DNA from: the human T2T-CHM13v2.0 reference genome, Homo sapiens
Reading direction: 5' to 3' (one strand)
Assembly: GCF_009914755.1 (NCBI RefSeq)
Contig: NC_060946.1
Length of the DNA: 64,000 nt
In this document: piece by piece, positions 1-23,040 of the stretch
How positions within the stretch are numbered: the stretch's first letter is position 1
How the letters are laid out: each line of letters begins with the position of its first letter
The notes under the pieces: generated by a model
Told to the model about the DNA's origin: nothing
The model's input: the letters and a program-made list of their open reading frames with translations, nothing else
Databases searched by the model: none
Translations under genes and position numbers: made by a program

Positions 1-2871
1 GAGATATGTCACAATGCCCCCTGTAAGCAGATCCCAGACAAGAGTTGCATCACCTCGGTGATCAGTGCAGAGATACATCACAATGTCCATTGTCGGTGAA
101 GCCTATATCAGAGTTACATCTTCTCGGTTATCAGTGCAGTGATATGTGAAAATGCCCCTGTAGGCCGAGCCTAGACTAGAGTTACATCACCTGGGTGATC
201 AGTGCAGAGATATCTCACAATAACCCCTGTAAGCAGAGCCTAGAAAAGACTTACATCACCTGGGTGATCAGTGCAGAGATATGTCACAAAGCCCCACTAC
301 ACAGAGCCTAGAAAAGTGTCCCAACACCTGGGTGATCAGTGCAGAAATATGTCACAATGCCCCCATAGGCAGATCCAACACAAGAGTTACAACACCTGGG
401 TGATCAGTGCAGAGATAAGTTACAATGCCCCCATAGGCAGAGCCTAGACAAGAGTTACATAACCAGGGTGATCCCTGCAGAGTGATGTCACAACGCCCTC
501 TGTAGGCAGAGAAAAGAAAAGAGTTACATCACCTGGGTGATCAGTGTAGAGATATGTCACAATGTCCCCTGTAGGCAGAGCATAGAGAAGAATTGCATCA
601 CCTGGGTGATCAGTGCAGAGATATTTCACAATGCCCCCTTTGTGCAGAGGGTAGACAAGAGTTACATCACCTTGGTAATCAGTGCAGAGATTTGTCAAAA
701 TTCCCTGTAGGCAGTGCTTATAAAACTGTTACATCACCTAAGTGATCAGTGCAAAGACATGTCACAAAGCTCCTGTAGGCAAAACTTAGATGAGTTACAT
801 CATCTGGGGGATCAGTGCAAAGATATGTCACAAAGCCCACTGTAGGCAAAGCCTAGACAATAGTTACATCACTTGGGTGATCAGTGGCGAGATCACTCAC
901 AATTCCCCTGTAGGCAGAGCTTATGCAACAGTTACATCACCTGGGTGATCATTGCAGAGATATGTCACAATGCCCCCATAGGCAGATCCAAGACAAGTGT
1001 CCGTCACCTGTGTGATCAGTGCAGAAATATGTCACAATGCCCCCTTAGGCAGAGCCTAGAGAAAAGCCCCATCACCTGTATGATCAGTGAAGAGTTATGT
1101 CACAATGTCCCTGTAGGCAGATCCTAGAAAAGAGTTACATCACTTGGATGATCAGTGCAGAGATATGTCACAGTGCCACTGTAGGCAGAGCATAGACAAG
1201 AGTTACATGACCTAGGTTATCAGTGCAGAGATACATTGCAATATCCCTGTAGGCAGAGCCTTGGGAAGTGGTACATCACCTGGGTGATCATTGTAAGGAT
1301 ATGTCACAAAGCACCCTGTAGGCAGATCCTTGAAAAGAGTTACATCACCTGGGTGATCAGTGCATAGATATGTCACAATGCCACTGTAGGCAGAGCCTAG
1401 ACAAGAGTTACATGACCTAGGTGATCAGTTCAGAGATACATCTCAATGCCCCTATAGGCAGAGCCTTAACAAGTGGTATATCACCTGGGTGATCATTGCA
1501 GGGATATATCACAAAGCACCCTGTAGGCAGATCCTAGAGAAGAGTTATATCACCTGGGTGATCAGTGAAGAGATATGTCACAAGCCCCCTGTAGGCAGAG
1601 CCTAGACAAGAGATATATCACCTGGGTGATCAGTGCAGTGATATGTCACAATGCCGTGTAGCCAAAGCCTGGACTAAAGTTACCGCACCTGGGAGATCAG
1701 TGCAGAGATATGTCACAATGTCCCCAGTAGGCAGAGACCAGGCAAAATTTGGATCACATCGGGATCAGTGCAGAGATATGTCTCAATCCCCCTGTGGGCA
1801 CATCCTAGACAAGAGTTACATCACCTCGTTTAACAGTACAGAGATATGTCAAAATGCCCCTGTAGGAAGAGCCAAAACAAGTGTTACTTCACTTAGGTGA
1901 TCAGTGCAGAGATATGTCACAATACACCCTGTAAGCAGAGCCTAGACAAGAGTTACAACATCTGGGTGATCAGTGCAGAGATATGTGACAATGCCCCTTT
2001 AGTCAGAGCTTAAACCAGAGTTACATCACCTGAGTGATCAGTGCAGAGATATGTCACAATGCCCTCATAGGCAAATCCAAGAGAAGTGTCCGTCACCTGG
2101 GTGATCAGTGCAGAAATATGTGACAATGTCCCAATTAGGCAGAGCCTCGAGAAGAGTCCCATCACCTGGGTGATCAGTGCAGAGATATGTGACAATGCCC
2201 CTTTAGTCAGAGCTTAAACCAGAGTTACATCACCTGAGTGATCAGTGCAGAGATATGTCACAATGCCCTCATAGGCAAATCCAAGAGAAGTGTCCGTCAC
2301 CTGGGTGATCAGTGCAGAAATATGTGACAATGTCCCAATTAGGCAGAGCCTCGAGAAGAGTCCCATCACCTGGGTGATCAGTGCAGAGATATTTGACAGT
2401 GCCCCTGCAGGCAGAGCATAAGCAAGAATTACATCACCTGGATGATCAGCGCAGAGATATGTCACAAGCCCCCTATAGGCAGAGCCTGGAGAAGAGTTAC
2501 ATCACCTCGGTGATCAATGCAGTGATATGTTAGTATGACCCGTAGGCAGAGCCTAGTCAAGCCTTACATCACCTGGGTGATCAGTGCAGAGATATGTCAC
2601 AAAGCCCCCATACACAGAGCCTAGACAAGAGTCCCATCACCTGCGTGATCAGTGCAGAAATATGTCACAATGCCCCCATAGGCAGATCCAACACAAGAGT
2701 TACATCACCTGGGTGATCAGTGTAGAGATATGTCACAATGCCCCCATAGGCAGAGCCCACACAAAAGTCCCATCACCTGGGTGATCAGTGCAGAGATATG
2801 TCACAAAGCCCCTCAAGGCAGAGCCTAGACAAGAGTTACATCACTTTGTTTATCAGTTCAGAGATGTGTCA
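1..2871 (+). repeat. Beta-satellite (68-bp Sau3A/BSR) array, block 1
   Basis: Tandem ~68-69-bp monomers, consensus GATCAGTGCAGAGATATGTCACAATGCCCCTGTAGGCAGAGCCTAGACAAGAGTTACATCACCTGGGT, with Sau3A GATC sites. This orientation is defined here as +. Confidence 0.97.
1962..2391 (+). repeat. Perfect tandem duplication of three beta-satellite monomers (204-bp period)
   Basis: 1962-2165 is repeated at 2166-2369 with rare variants shared (TTTAGTCAGAGCTTAAACC, GTCCCAATTAGG, CCTCGAGAAG); the ORF track shows identical peptides 204 bp apart. Confidence 0.9.
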
Positions 2872-3246
2872 TGCTGACTGTTTGCTCCCGGAGCTCTGCG
2901 GGCACCCGGAAATATGCAGTGAAGGGTGGAAGACCAGCATGGTGCCTTCGCTCTCCTTGCCAGTTTCCAAACCGGCCACACTGCAGACTCCCCATGTTGC
3001 CACACACGGGAATCCATTGTCAGGCTATCACCCCAAGGAGACATCTTCTCTCCGAGGTCTTGCTCTGGTCTCCTACATGGAAATGAACGAGAGCCACACG
3101 CCTGCGTGTGTGAGACTGTCCCAGCCACGGGGACACCCACAGGCACTGCCTCCTTCAAGGAGAGAGGGCCTGGAACACTCAAGACTCCAACGGAGGTTCA
3201 GTTCTACACTCCCCTCCACACTCCCAGGCCAGTTTCTCCCTTCTGA

Positions 3247-4933
<1,687 letters not shown>

Positions 4934-5524
4934 GACGCGGGGTTGGGTCTGTGTCGGGTCGGGGCAGGGCGGTGGCCTCTCTTTCGCGGGGAACACCTGG
5001 CTGGTTATGGAGGGGCGTGTCTTCGCCCCACCCCCTCCACCTGGCTGACCGGCCTGGGATTCCTGCCTTCTATGTCTAGGCCCAGTGAGAGACTCCATGA
5101 AGCGGAGAACTGCCATTCTTTCCTAGGCATCCTGGAGATCCCAGAGCTGGCCCAGGTACCAGGAAGTGGGCCGCCTACTGGGTACGCGCGGGTTTGAGGG
5201 CAGCCGCCTGGGCTGTGGGAGCAGGCCGGGCAGAGATTTCATGCCTTTCCACCACCCCACCCCCAACTGACCACCGCTACCCCACCCCCATCCCCCACCC
5301 CCAGAAAATTCGTCCTCCCCTTGGCAGGGTGGAGACCACCGTCCCGCGAAACAACGGGCCCGCACAGCGTCCAGGCCTGACACCCCTCTGGCGGTTCATC
5401 TCCTCTGCACCTCTGCGCCACAGTCGCCGGCCCGCCCGTGCCCCTGCAGCCTCCCAGCTGCCACCATGGAGCGCCTGGCGGAGGAACGCAGACCTCTAGC
5501 TACATTTGCCGGGTTCCTGGCTAG

Positions 5525-5700
5525 ACCTGCGCTCATTGCGCACCCCGGCTGACGTGCAAGAGAGCCTGCTGGCCTCTCTGTGCCCTTGTCTATCCATGAA
5601 ATTACGGCTGAGGATCTCCCAACACCTTCCGACGCTCTTTAGTCAAAACCTAGAGAATAGTTACATCTCCTGGATGATCAGTTCAGAAATATGTCACAAT
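5525..5700 (+). other. pLAM / DUX4 exon-3-like segment without a polyadenylation signal (unit 1)
   Basis: CTGGCTAG|ACCTGCGC acceptor, then CCCCGGCTGACGTGCAAG...GTTACATCTCCTGGATGATCAGTTCAGAAATAT-GTCACA-ATGCCC; 4qA has ATTAAA at the GTCACA position. Confidence 0.8.
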
Positions 5701-8700
5701 GCCCTCTCCCTGGGGAGCCTAGAGAAGATTTGCATCATTTGGGTGATCAGTGCAGAGATATATCACAATGTCCCCTGGAGAAAATGCCTGGAAATGTTTT
5801 ACAACACCTCGGTGATCAGTGCATAGGTATGCCAGAAATCCCCAGTAGGCTGAACCTAGTGAAGGGTTACATCACTTAGGTGATCAGTGTAGAGATATGT
5901 GAAAATTCCCGTGTAGACAGAGCCTAGACAAGTGTTACATCACTTAGTGATCTGTGCAGGGATAAGTCGTAAAGCCTCCTGTAGGCAGAGTGTAGAAAAC
6001 TGGTTCCTCCCTGGGGTAATCAGTGCAGAGATATGTCACAAAGCCCCTGTAAGCAGAACCTTGACAACAGTTACATCACCTGTTTGATCAGTGGAAATGT
6101 ATATCACAAAGCCCCCTGTAGGAAAAGCCCAGACAACTGTTACATCACTAGGGTGAGCAGTGGAGAGAACTGTCACAATGCCCCTGTAGGCAGAGCTTAG
6201 ACAAGGGTTACATCACCTGGGTGATCAGTGCAGAGATATGTCAAAATGCTCCTGTAGGCTGAACCTAGACAGGAGTTACATCACCTGGGTGATCAGTGCA
6301 GAGACACGTCACAATACCCCCTGCAGGTGGAGCCTAGACAAGAGTTACATCACCTGGGTGATCAGTACAGACATATGTCACAAATCCCCCTCTAGGCAGA
6401 GTATAGACAAGAGTCCCATCACCTGGGTGATCAGTGCAGAGATATTCCACAATGCCCCCTGTAGGCAGAGAGTGGACAAGAGTTACATAACCCCGCTGAT
6501 CTGTGTAGAGATACGTCACAATCCTCCCTGTATGTGGATCCCAAACAAGGGTAACATCACCTGGGTGATCAGTGCACAGATACGTCACAATACCCCCTGT
6601 AGGTGGAGCCTAGACAAGAGTTACATCACTTGGGTGACAGTGCAGAGATATGTCACAAAGCCCCTGTAGTTAGAGCCTAAACAATAGTTACATCACCTGG
6701 GTGATCAGTGCAGAAATATGTCACAAATCCCCTGTAGGAGGAACCTAGACAAGAGTTACATGTCTTGCGTGATCAGTGCAAAGATATTTCACAAAGCCCA
6801 CTGTAGACAAATCCAAGAAAATGGTTACATCACCTGGGTGATCAGTGGAGATATCTGTCACAATTCCCCTTTAGGCGCAGCTTAGAAAAGCGTTACATCA
6901 CATGAGTGATCAGTGCAGAGATATGTCACTACGGCCCCATAGGCAGAACCAAGACAAGAGCCCATCACCTGGGTGATCAGTGCAGAAATATGCCATAATG
7001 CCGCCAGTAGGCAGATATAGACAAGAGTTACATCACCTGCGTGATCACTGCAGAGATATGTCACAATGTCCCTGTAGGCAGAGCCTAGACAAAAGTCCCA
7101 TCACCTGGGTGATCAGTGCAGAGTTATGTCACAATGCCCCCTTTTGGCAGAGCCTAGAAAAGGGTTACATCACCTGGGTGATCAGTGCAGAGATGTGTCA
7201 CAAACCCCCTGCAGCCACAGCCTAGACAAGTGTTACATCAGCTGTGTGATCAGTGCAGTGACATGTCACAATGTCCCTGTAGCCATATCCTTGAAAAAAG
7301 TGGCAACACCTGGGAGATCAGTGAGGAGATATGTCACAATGTCTCCAGTAGGCAGAGCCTAGAAAAGAGTTACATCACCTGGGTGATCAGGGAAGAGATA
7401 TGACACAATGCCCCCTGTAAGCAGATCCCAGACAAGAGTTGCATCACCTCGGTGATCAGTGCAGAAATATGTCTCAATGCTCCCTGTCGGCAAAGCCTAC
7501 AAAAGAGTTAAATCGTCTCGGTGATCAGTGCAGTGATATGTTAAAATGCCCCTGTAAGCAGAGCCTAGGCAAGAGTTAAATCACCTGGGTGATCAGTGCA
7601 GAGATATGTCATAAATCCCACTGTAGGCAAAGTCCAGACAAGTTTTACATCACCTCAGCAATCAGTGCAGAGATATGTCCCAATGTCCCTCTAGGCAGAG
7701 CTTAGACAAGAGTCACATCTCCTGGGTGATCAGTGCAGAGATAAGTCACAATGCCCCCATAGGCAGAGCCTAGACAAGAGTTACATGACCCGGGTGATCC
7801 TTGCAGAGTGATGTCACAACGCCCTCTATAGGCAGAGACTAGAAAAGAGTTACGTCACCTGGGTGATCAGTGGAGAGATATGTCAAAATGTCCCCTACAG
7901 GCAAAGCCTAGGCAAGAGTTGCATCACCTGGGTGATCAGTGCACATATATGTCACAATTTTCCCTGTAGGCAAAGCCTAGGCAAGAGTTACTTCACCTTT
8001 GTCATCAGTTCAGGGATATGTGAAAACCCACCTGTAGGCAGAGCCTACACAAGAGTTACATCACCTAGTTGATTAGTGCAGAGATATTTCAAAATACCCC
8101 CAGTAGGCAGATCCTAGACAAGAGTTGAATCACCTGGGTGATCAGTGCAGAGATATTTCACAATGCCCCCTATGGACAGAGGGTAGACAAGAGTTACATC
8201 ACCTATGTGATCAGTGCAGGGATTTGTAAAAATTCCCTTTAGGCAGTGCTTATAAAAGTGTTACATCACCTAAGTGATCAGTGCAGAGATATGTCACAAA
8301 GTTCCTGCAGGCAGAACTTAGATGAGTTATGTTACCTGGGTGATCAGTGCAAAGGTATGTCACAAAGCCCCCTGTAAGCAAAGCCTAGAAAATAGTTACA
8401 TCACTTGGGTGATCAGTGGTGAGATCTCTCACAATTCCCCTGTAGGCAGAGCTTATACAACAGTTACATCACCTGGGTGATCAGTGCAGAGATATGTCAC
8501 AATGCCCCCATAGGCAGATCCAAGACACGAGTCCATCACCTGGGTGATCAGTGCAGAAATATGTCACAATGCCCCCTCATGCAGAGCCGAGACAAAAGCC
8601 CCATCACCTGGATGATCAGTGCAGAATTATGTCACAAAGTCCCTTTAGGCAGATCCTAGACAAGAGTTACATCACTTGGATGATCAGTGCAGAGATATGT

Positions 8701-11700
8701 CACAATGCCACTATAGGCAGAGCCTAGACAACAGTTACATGACCTAGGTGATCAGTGCAGAGATACATCACAATGTCCCTGTGGGCAGAGCCTTGACAAG
8801 TGGTACATCACCTGGGTGACCATTGCAGGGATATGTCACAAAGCACCCTGTAGGCAGATCCTAGAAAACAGTTACATCACCTGGGTGATCAGTGCAGAGA
8901 TATGTCACTATGCCACTGTAGGCAGAGCTTAGACAAGAGTTACATGACCTAGGTGATCAGTGCGGAGATACATCGCAATGTCCCTGTGGGCAGAGGCTTC
9001 ACAAGCGGTATATCACCTGGGTGATCATTGCAGGAATATTTCACAAAGCACCATGTAGGCAGATCCAAGAGGAGAGTTATATCACCTGGGTGATCAGTGC
9101 AGTGATATGTCACAATGCCCTGTAGCCAGAGACCAGTCTAAAGTTACAGCACCTGGGAGATCAGTGCAGAAATATGTCACAATGTCCCCAGTAGACAGAC
9201 ACCAGGCAAGAGTTGGATCACCTCGGGATCAGTGCAGAGATATGTCTCAATCCCCCTGTGGGTACAGCCTAGACAAGAGTTACATCACCTCGGTTTACAG
9301 TGCAGAGAAATGTCAAAATTCCCCTGTAGGCAGAGCCTACGCAAGTGTTACATCACTTAGGTAATCAGTGCAGAGAGATATCACAATAACCCCTGTTAGC
9401 AGAGCTTGGACAAGAGTTACATCACCTGGGTGATCAGTGCAGAGATATGTGACAAGGCCCCTTTAAGCAGAGCCTAGACAATACTTACATCACCTGAGTG
9501 ATCAGTGCAGAAATCTGTCACAATGCCCCTTGAGGCAGAGCTTAGACCAGACTTACATCACCTGGGTGATCAGTGCAGAGATATGTCACAATGACCCCAT
9601 AGGAAAATCCAAGACAAGTGTCCATCACCTGGGTGATCAGTGCAGACATGTGTGACAATGCCCCCAGTAAGGAGAGCCAAGAAAAGGGTCCCATCACCTG
9701 GGTGATCAGTGCAGAGATATTTCACAATGCCCCTGCAGGCAGAGCCTACACAAGTGTTATATCACTTAGGTGATCACTGCAGAGGTATGTCACAATACCA
9801 CCTGTAAGCAGAACCTAGAGAAGAGTTACATCACTTGTGTGATCAATGCAGAGAAATGTGACAAGGCCCCTTTAAGCAGAGCCTAGACAATAGTTACATC
9901 ACCTGAGTGATCAGTGCAGAGAACTGTCACAATGACCCTTGAGGCAGAGCTTAGACCAGACTTACATCACCTGGGTGATCAGTGCAGAAATATTTCACAA
10001 TGCCCCCTGTAGGCAGAGAGTGGACAAGAGTTACTTGTCCAGGACAAGATAACCTAGGTCATCTGTGCAGAGCTATGTCAAAACGCCCCTGTAAGCAGAG
10101 GCTAGATAAATGTTACATCACCTGGCTGATCAGTGCAGAGATACGTCACAATACCCCCTGTAGGTGGAGCCTAGACAACAGTTACATCACCTGTGTGATC
10201 AGTGCAGAGATACGTCACAATAACCCATGCAGGTGGAGCCTAGACAAGAGTTACATCACCTGGGTGAACAGTACAGAAATATGACACAAAGCCTCTGTAG
10301 GCAGAGCCTAAAAAAGTGTTACATCACCTGGGTGATCAGTGCAGAAATATGTCACAAAGCCCCTGTAGGCCGAGGCTAGACAAGAGTTACATCTCCTCGG
10401 TGATCAGTGCAAAGATATGTCACAAAGTCCCCTGTAGACAAATCCCAGAAAATTGTTACATCTCCTGGGTGATCAGTGGAGATATCTGTTGCAATTCCCC
10501 TTTAGGCGCAGATTAGACAAGCGTTACATCACATGAGTGATCAGTGCAGAGATATGTCAGTATGCCCCCATAGGCAGATCCAAGACAAGAGTCCATCACC
10601 TGGGTGATCAGTGCAGAAACATGCCAAAATGCCGCCAGTAGGCAGATAGAGACAAGAGTTACATCACCTGCGTGATCACTGCAGAGATATGTCACAATGC
10701 CCATGTAGGCAGAGCCTATACAAGAGTCCCATCACCTGGGTGATCAGTGCAGAGTTATGTCACAATGTCCCCTTTTGGCAGAGACTAGACAAGGGTTACA
10801 TCACCTGGGTGATCAGTGCAGAGACGTGTCACAAGCCCCCTTTAGCCAGAGCCTTGGCAAGGGTTACCTCAGCTGTGTGATCATTGCAGTGACATGTCAC
10901 AATGTCCCTGTAGCCATATCCTTCAGAAAAGTGACATCACCTGGGTGATCAGTGCGGAGATATGTCACAATACCCCCTGTAGATGGAGCCTAGACAAGAG
11001 ATATATCACCTGGGTGATCAGGGCAGAGATATATCAAAATGCCCCCTGTAAGCAGATCCCAGACAAGAGTTTCTTCACCTCGGTGATCAGTGCAGAGATA
11101 TGTCTCAATGCCCCCTGTCGGGGAAGCCTATACAAGAGTTACATCATCTCGGTGATCAGTGCAGTGATATGATAAAATGCCCCTGTAGGCAGAGCCTAGA
11201 CAAGAGTTACATCACCTGTGTGATCAGTGCAGAGATATCTCACAATACACCCTGTAGGCAGAGCCTAGACAAGAGTTACATCACCTGGGTGATCAGTGAA
11301 GAGATATCTCAAAATACCCCCTGTAAGCAAAGCCTAGACAAGAGTTACATCACCTGGGTGATCAGTGCAGAAATATGTCCTAAATCCCACTGCAGGCAAT
11401 GCCTACACAAGTTTTACAGCAACTCAACGATCAGTGCAGAGATATGTCCTAATGTCCCCCTAGGCAGAGCTTACACAAGTGTCACATCTCCTGGGTGAAC
11501 AGTGCAGAGATAAGTCACAATGCCCCCTTAGGCAGAACCTAGACAAGAGTTACATAACCCGGGTGATCCGTGCAGAGTGATGTCACAACGCCCTCTGTAG
11601 GCAGAGACTAGAAAATAGTAACATCACCTTGGTGATCAGTGCAGAGATATTTCACAATGCCCCCTGCAGGCAGAGCATAGAGAAGAGTTGCATCACATGG

Positions 11701-14372
11701 GCGATCAGTGCAGGGATATGTCACAATGTCCCCTGTAGGCAGCGCACAGAGAAGAGTTGCATCACCTGGGTGATCAGTGCAGAGATATGTCACAATGTCC
11801 CCTGTAGGCAAAGACTAGGCAAGAGTTGTATTACCTTTGTCATCAGTTCAGCGATATGTGAAAACGCCCCTGTAATCAGAGCCTAGACAAGAGTTACATC
11901 ACCTAGTTGATTAGAGCAGAGATATTTCACAATACCCCCTGTAGGCTGATCCTAGATAAGAGTCGAATCACCTGGGTGATCAGTGGAGAGATATTTCACA
12001 ACGCCCCCCTTGGGCAGAGAGTAGACAAGACTTACATCACCTAGGTGATCAGTGCAGAGATTTGACAAAATTCCCTGTAGGAAGTGCTTATAAAAGTGTT
12101 ACGTCACCTAAGTGATCAGTGCAGAGATATGTCACAAAGTTCCTGTAGGCAGAACATTGATGAGTTACATCACCTGCGTGATCATTGCAATGGTATGTCA
12201 CAAAGCCCCCTGTAGGCAAAGCCTAGACAATAGTTACATCACTTGGTTAATCAGTGGTGAGATCTCCCACAATTCCCCTGTAGGCAGAGCTTATACAACA
12301 GTTACATCACCTGGGTCATCAGTGCAGAGATATGTCAGAATGCCCCCATTGGCAGACCCAAGACAGGAGTCCGTCACCTGGGTGATCAGTGCAGAAATAT
12401 GTCACAATGTCCCCTTAGGCAGAGCCTAGACAACAGCCCCATCACCTGGATGATCAGCTCAGAGTAATGTCACAAAGTCCCTTTAGACAGATCCTAGACA
12501 AGTGTTACATCACTTGGATGATCAGTGCAGAGATATGTCACAATGCCACTGTAGGCAGAGCCTAGACAAGTGTTACATGACCTAGGTGATCAGTGCAGAG
12601 ATGCATCGCAATGTCCCTGTAGGCAGAGCCTTGACAAGTCGTACATCACCTGGGTGATCATTGTAGGGATATGTCACAAAGTACCCTGTGGGCAGATACT
12701 AGAAAAGAGTTACATCACCTAGGTAATCAGTGCTGAGATTTGTCAAAATTCCCTGTAGGCAGTGCTTATAAGTGTGTTACATCACCTAAGAGATCAGTGC
12801 AGAGATATGCCACAAAGCACCTGTTGGCAGAATTTTGATGAGTTACATCACCTGGGTGATCAGTGAAAAGGTATGTCACAAAGCCCCCTGTAGGCAAAGC
12901 CTAGACAAGATTTACATCACTTGGGAGATCAGTGGCGAGATCTCTCACAATTCCCCTGTAGGCAGAGCTTACAACAGTTGCATCACCTGGGTGATCAGTG
13001 TAGAGATATGTCACAATGCCCCCATAGGCAGATCCAAGACAAGAGTCTGTCACATGGGTAATCAGTGCAGAAATATGTCACAATGCCCCCTTAGGCAGAG
13101 CCTAGACAAAAGCCCCAACACCTGGATGATCAGTGCAGAGTTATGTCACAAAGTCCTTTTAGGCAGATCCTAGACAAGAGTTACATAACTTGGATGATCA
13201 GTGCAGAGATATGTCACAATGCCACTGTAGGCAGAGCCTAGACAAGTGTTACATGATCTTGGTGAGCAGTGCAGAGATACATCACAATGTCCCTGTAGGC
13301 AGAGCCGTGACAAGTGCTATATCTCCTGGGTGATTATTGCAGGGATATGTCACAAAGCACCCTGTAGGCAGATCCTAGAAAAGAGTTATATCACCTGGGT
13401 GATCAGTGCAGAGATATGTCACAAGACCCCTGTAGGCAGAGCCTAGACAAGAATTATATCACCTGGGTGATCAGTACAGTGATATGTCACAATGCCATGT
13501 AGTCAGAGCCTAGACTAAAGTTACAGCACCTGGGAGATCAGTGCAGAGATATTTCACATTGTCCCCAGTAGGCAGAGACCAGGCAAAATTTGGATCACCT
13601 CGAGATCAGTGCAGAGATATGCCTCAATCCCCCTATGGGCACAACCTAGACAAGAGTTACATCACGTCAGTTAACAGTGCAGAAATATGTCAAAATGCCT
13701 CTGTAGGCAGAGCCTACACAAGTGTTACATCACTTAGGTGATCAGTGCAGAGATATGTCACAATACCCCCTGTGAGCAGAGCCTAGACAAGTGTTACATC
13801 ACCTGGGTGATCACTGCAGAGATATGTGGCAAGTCCCCTATAAGCAGAGCCTAGACGATAGTTACATCACCTGAGTGATCAGTGCAGAGATCTGTCACAA
13901 TGCCCCTTTAGGCAGAGCTTAGACCAGAGTTACATCACCTGGGTGATCAGTGCAGAGATATGTCAAAATGTCCCCATAGGCAAATCCAAGACAAGAATCC
14001 GCCACCTGGGTGAGTAGTGCAGAAATATGTGACAATGCCCCCAGTATGCAGAGCCTATAGAAGAGTACCATCACCTGGGTGATCAGCGCAGAGATATGTC
14101 ACAAAGCCCCCATACACAGAGCGTAGACAAGAGTCCCATCACCTGGGTGATCAGTGTAGATATATGTCACAATGCCCACATAGGCAGATCCAACACAACA
14201 GTTACATCACCTGGGTGATCAGTGTAGAGATATGTCACAATGTCCCATAGGCAGAGCCTATACAAAAGTCCCATCACCTGGGTGATCAGTGCAGAGATAT
14301 GTCACAAAGCCCCTGTAGGCAGAGTCTAGAAAAATGTTACATCACTTTGTTGATCAGCTCAGAGATGTGTCA
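5637..14372 (+). repeat. Beta-satellite array, block 2
   Basis: Tandem diverged 68-bp monomers. Confidence 0.97.

Positions 14373-23040
<8,668 letters not shown>

Noticed and set aside
5250-5305. C-rich tracts (G-quadruplex potential on the opposite strand) here and upstream of the promoters
   Set aside because: They are real but a generic, already described property of D4Z4, with nothing copy-specific to support.
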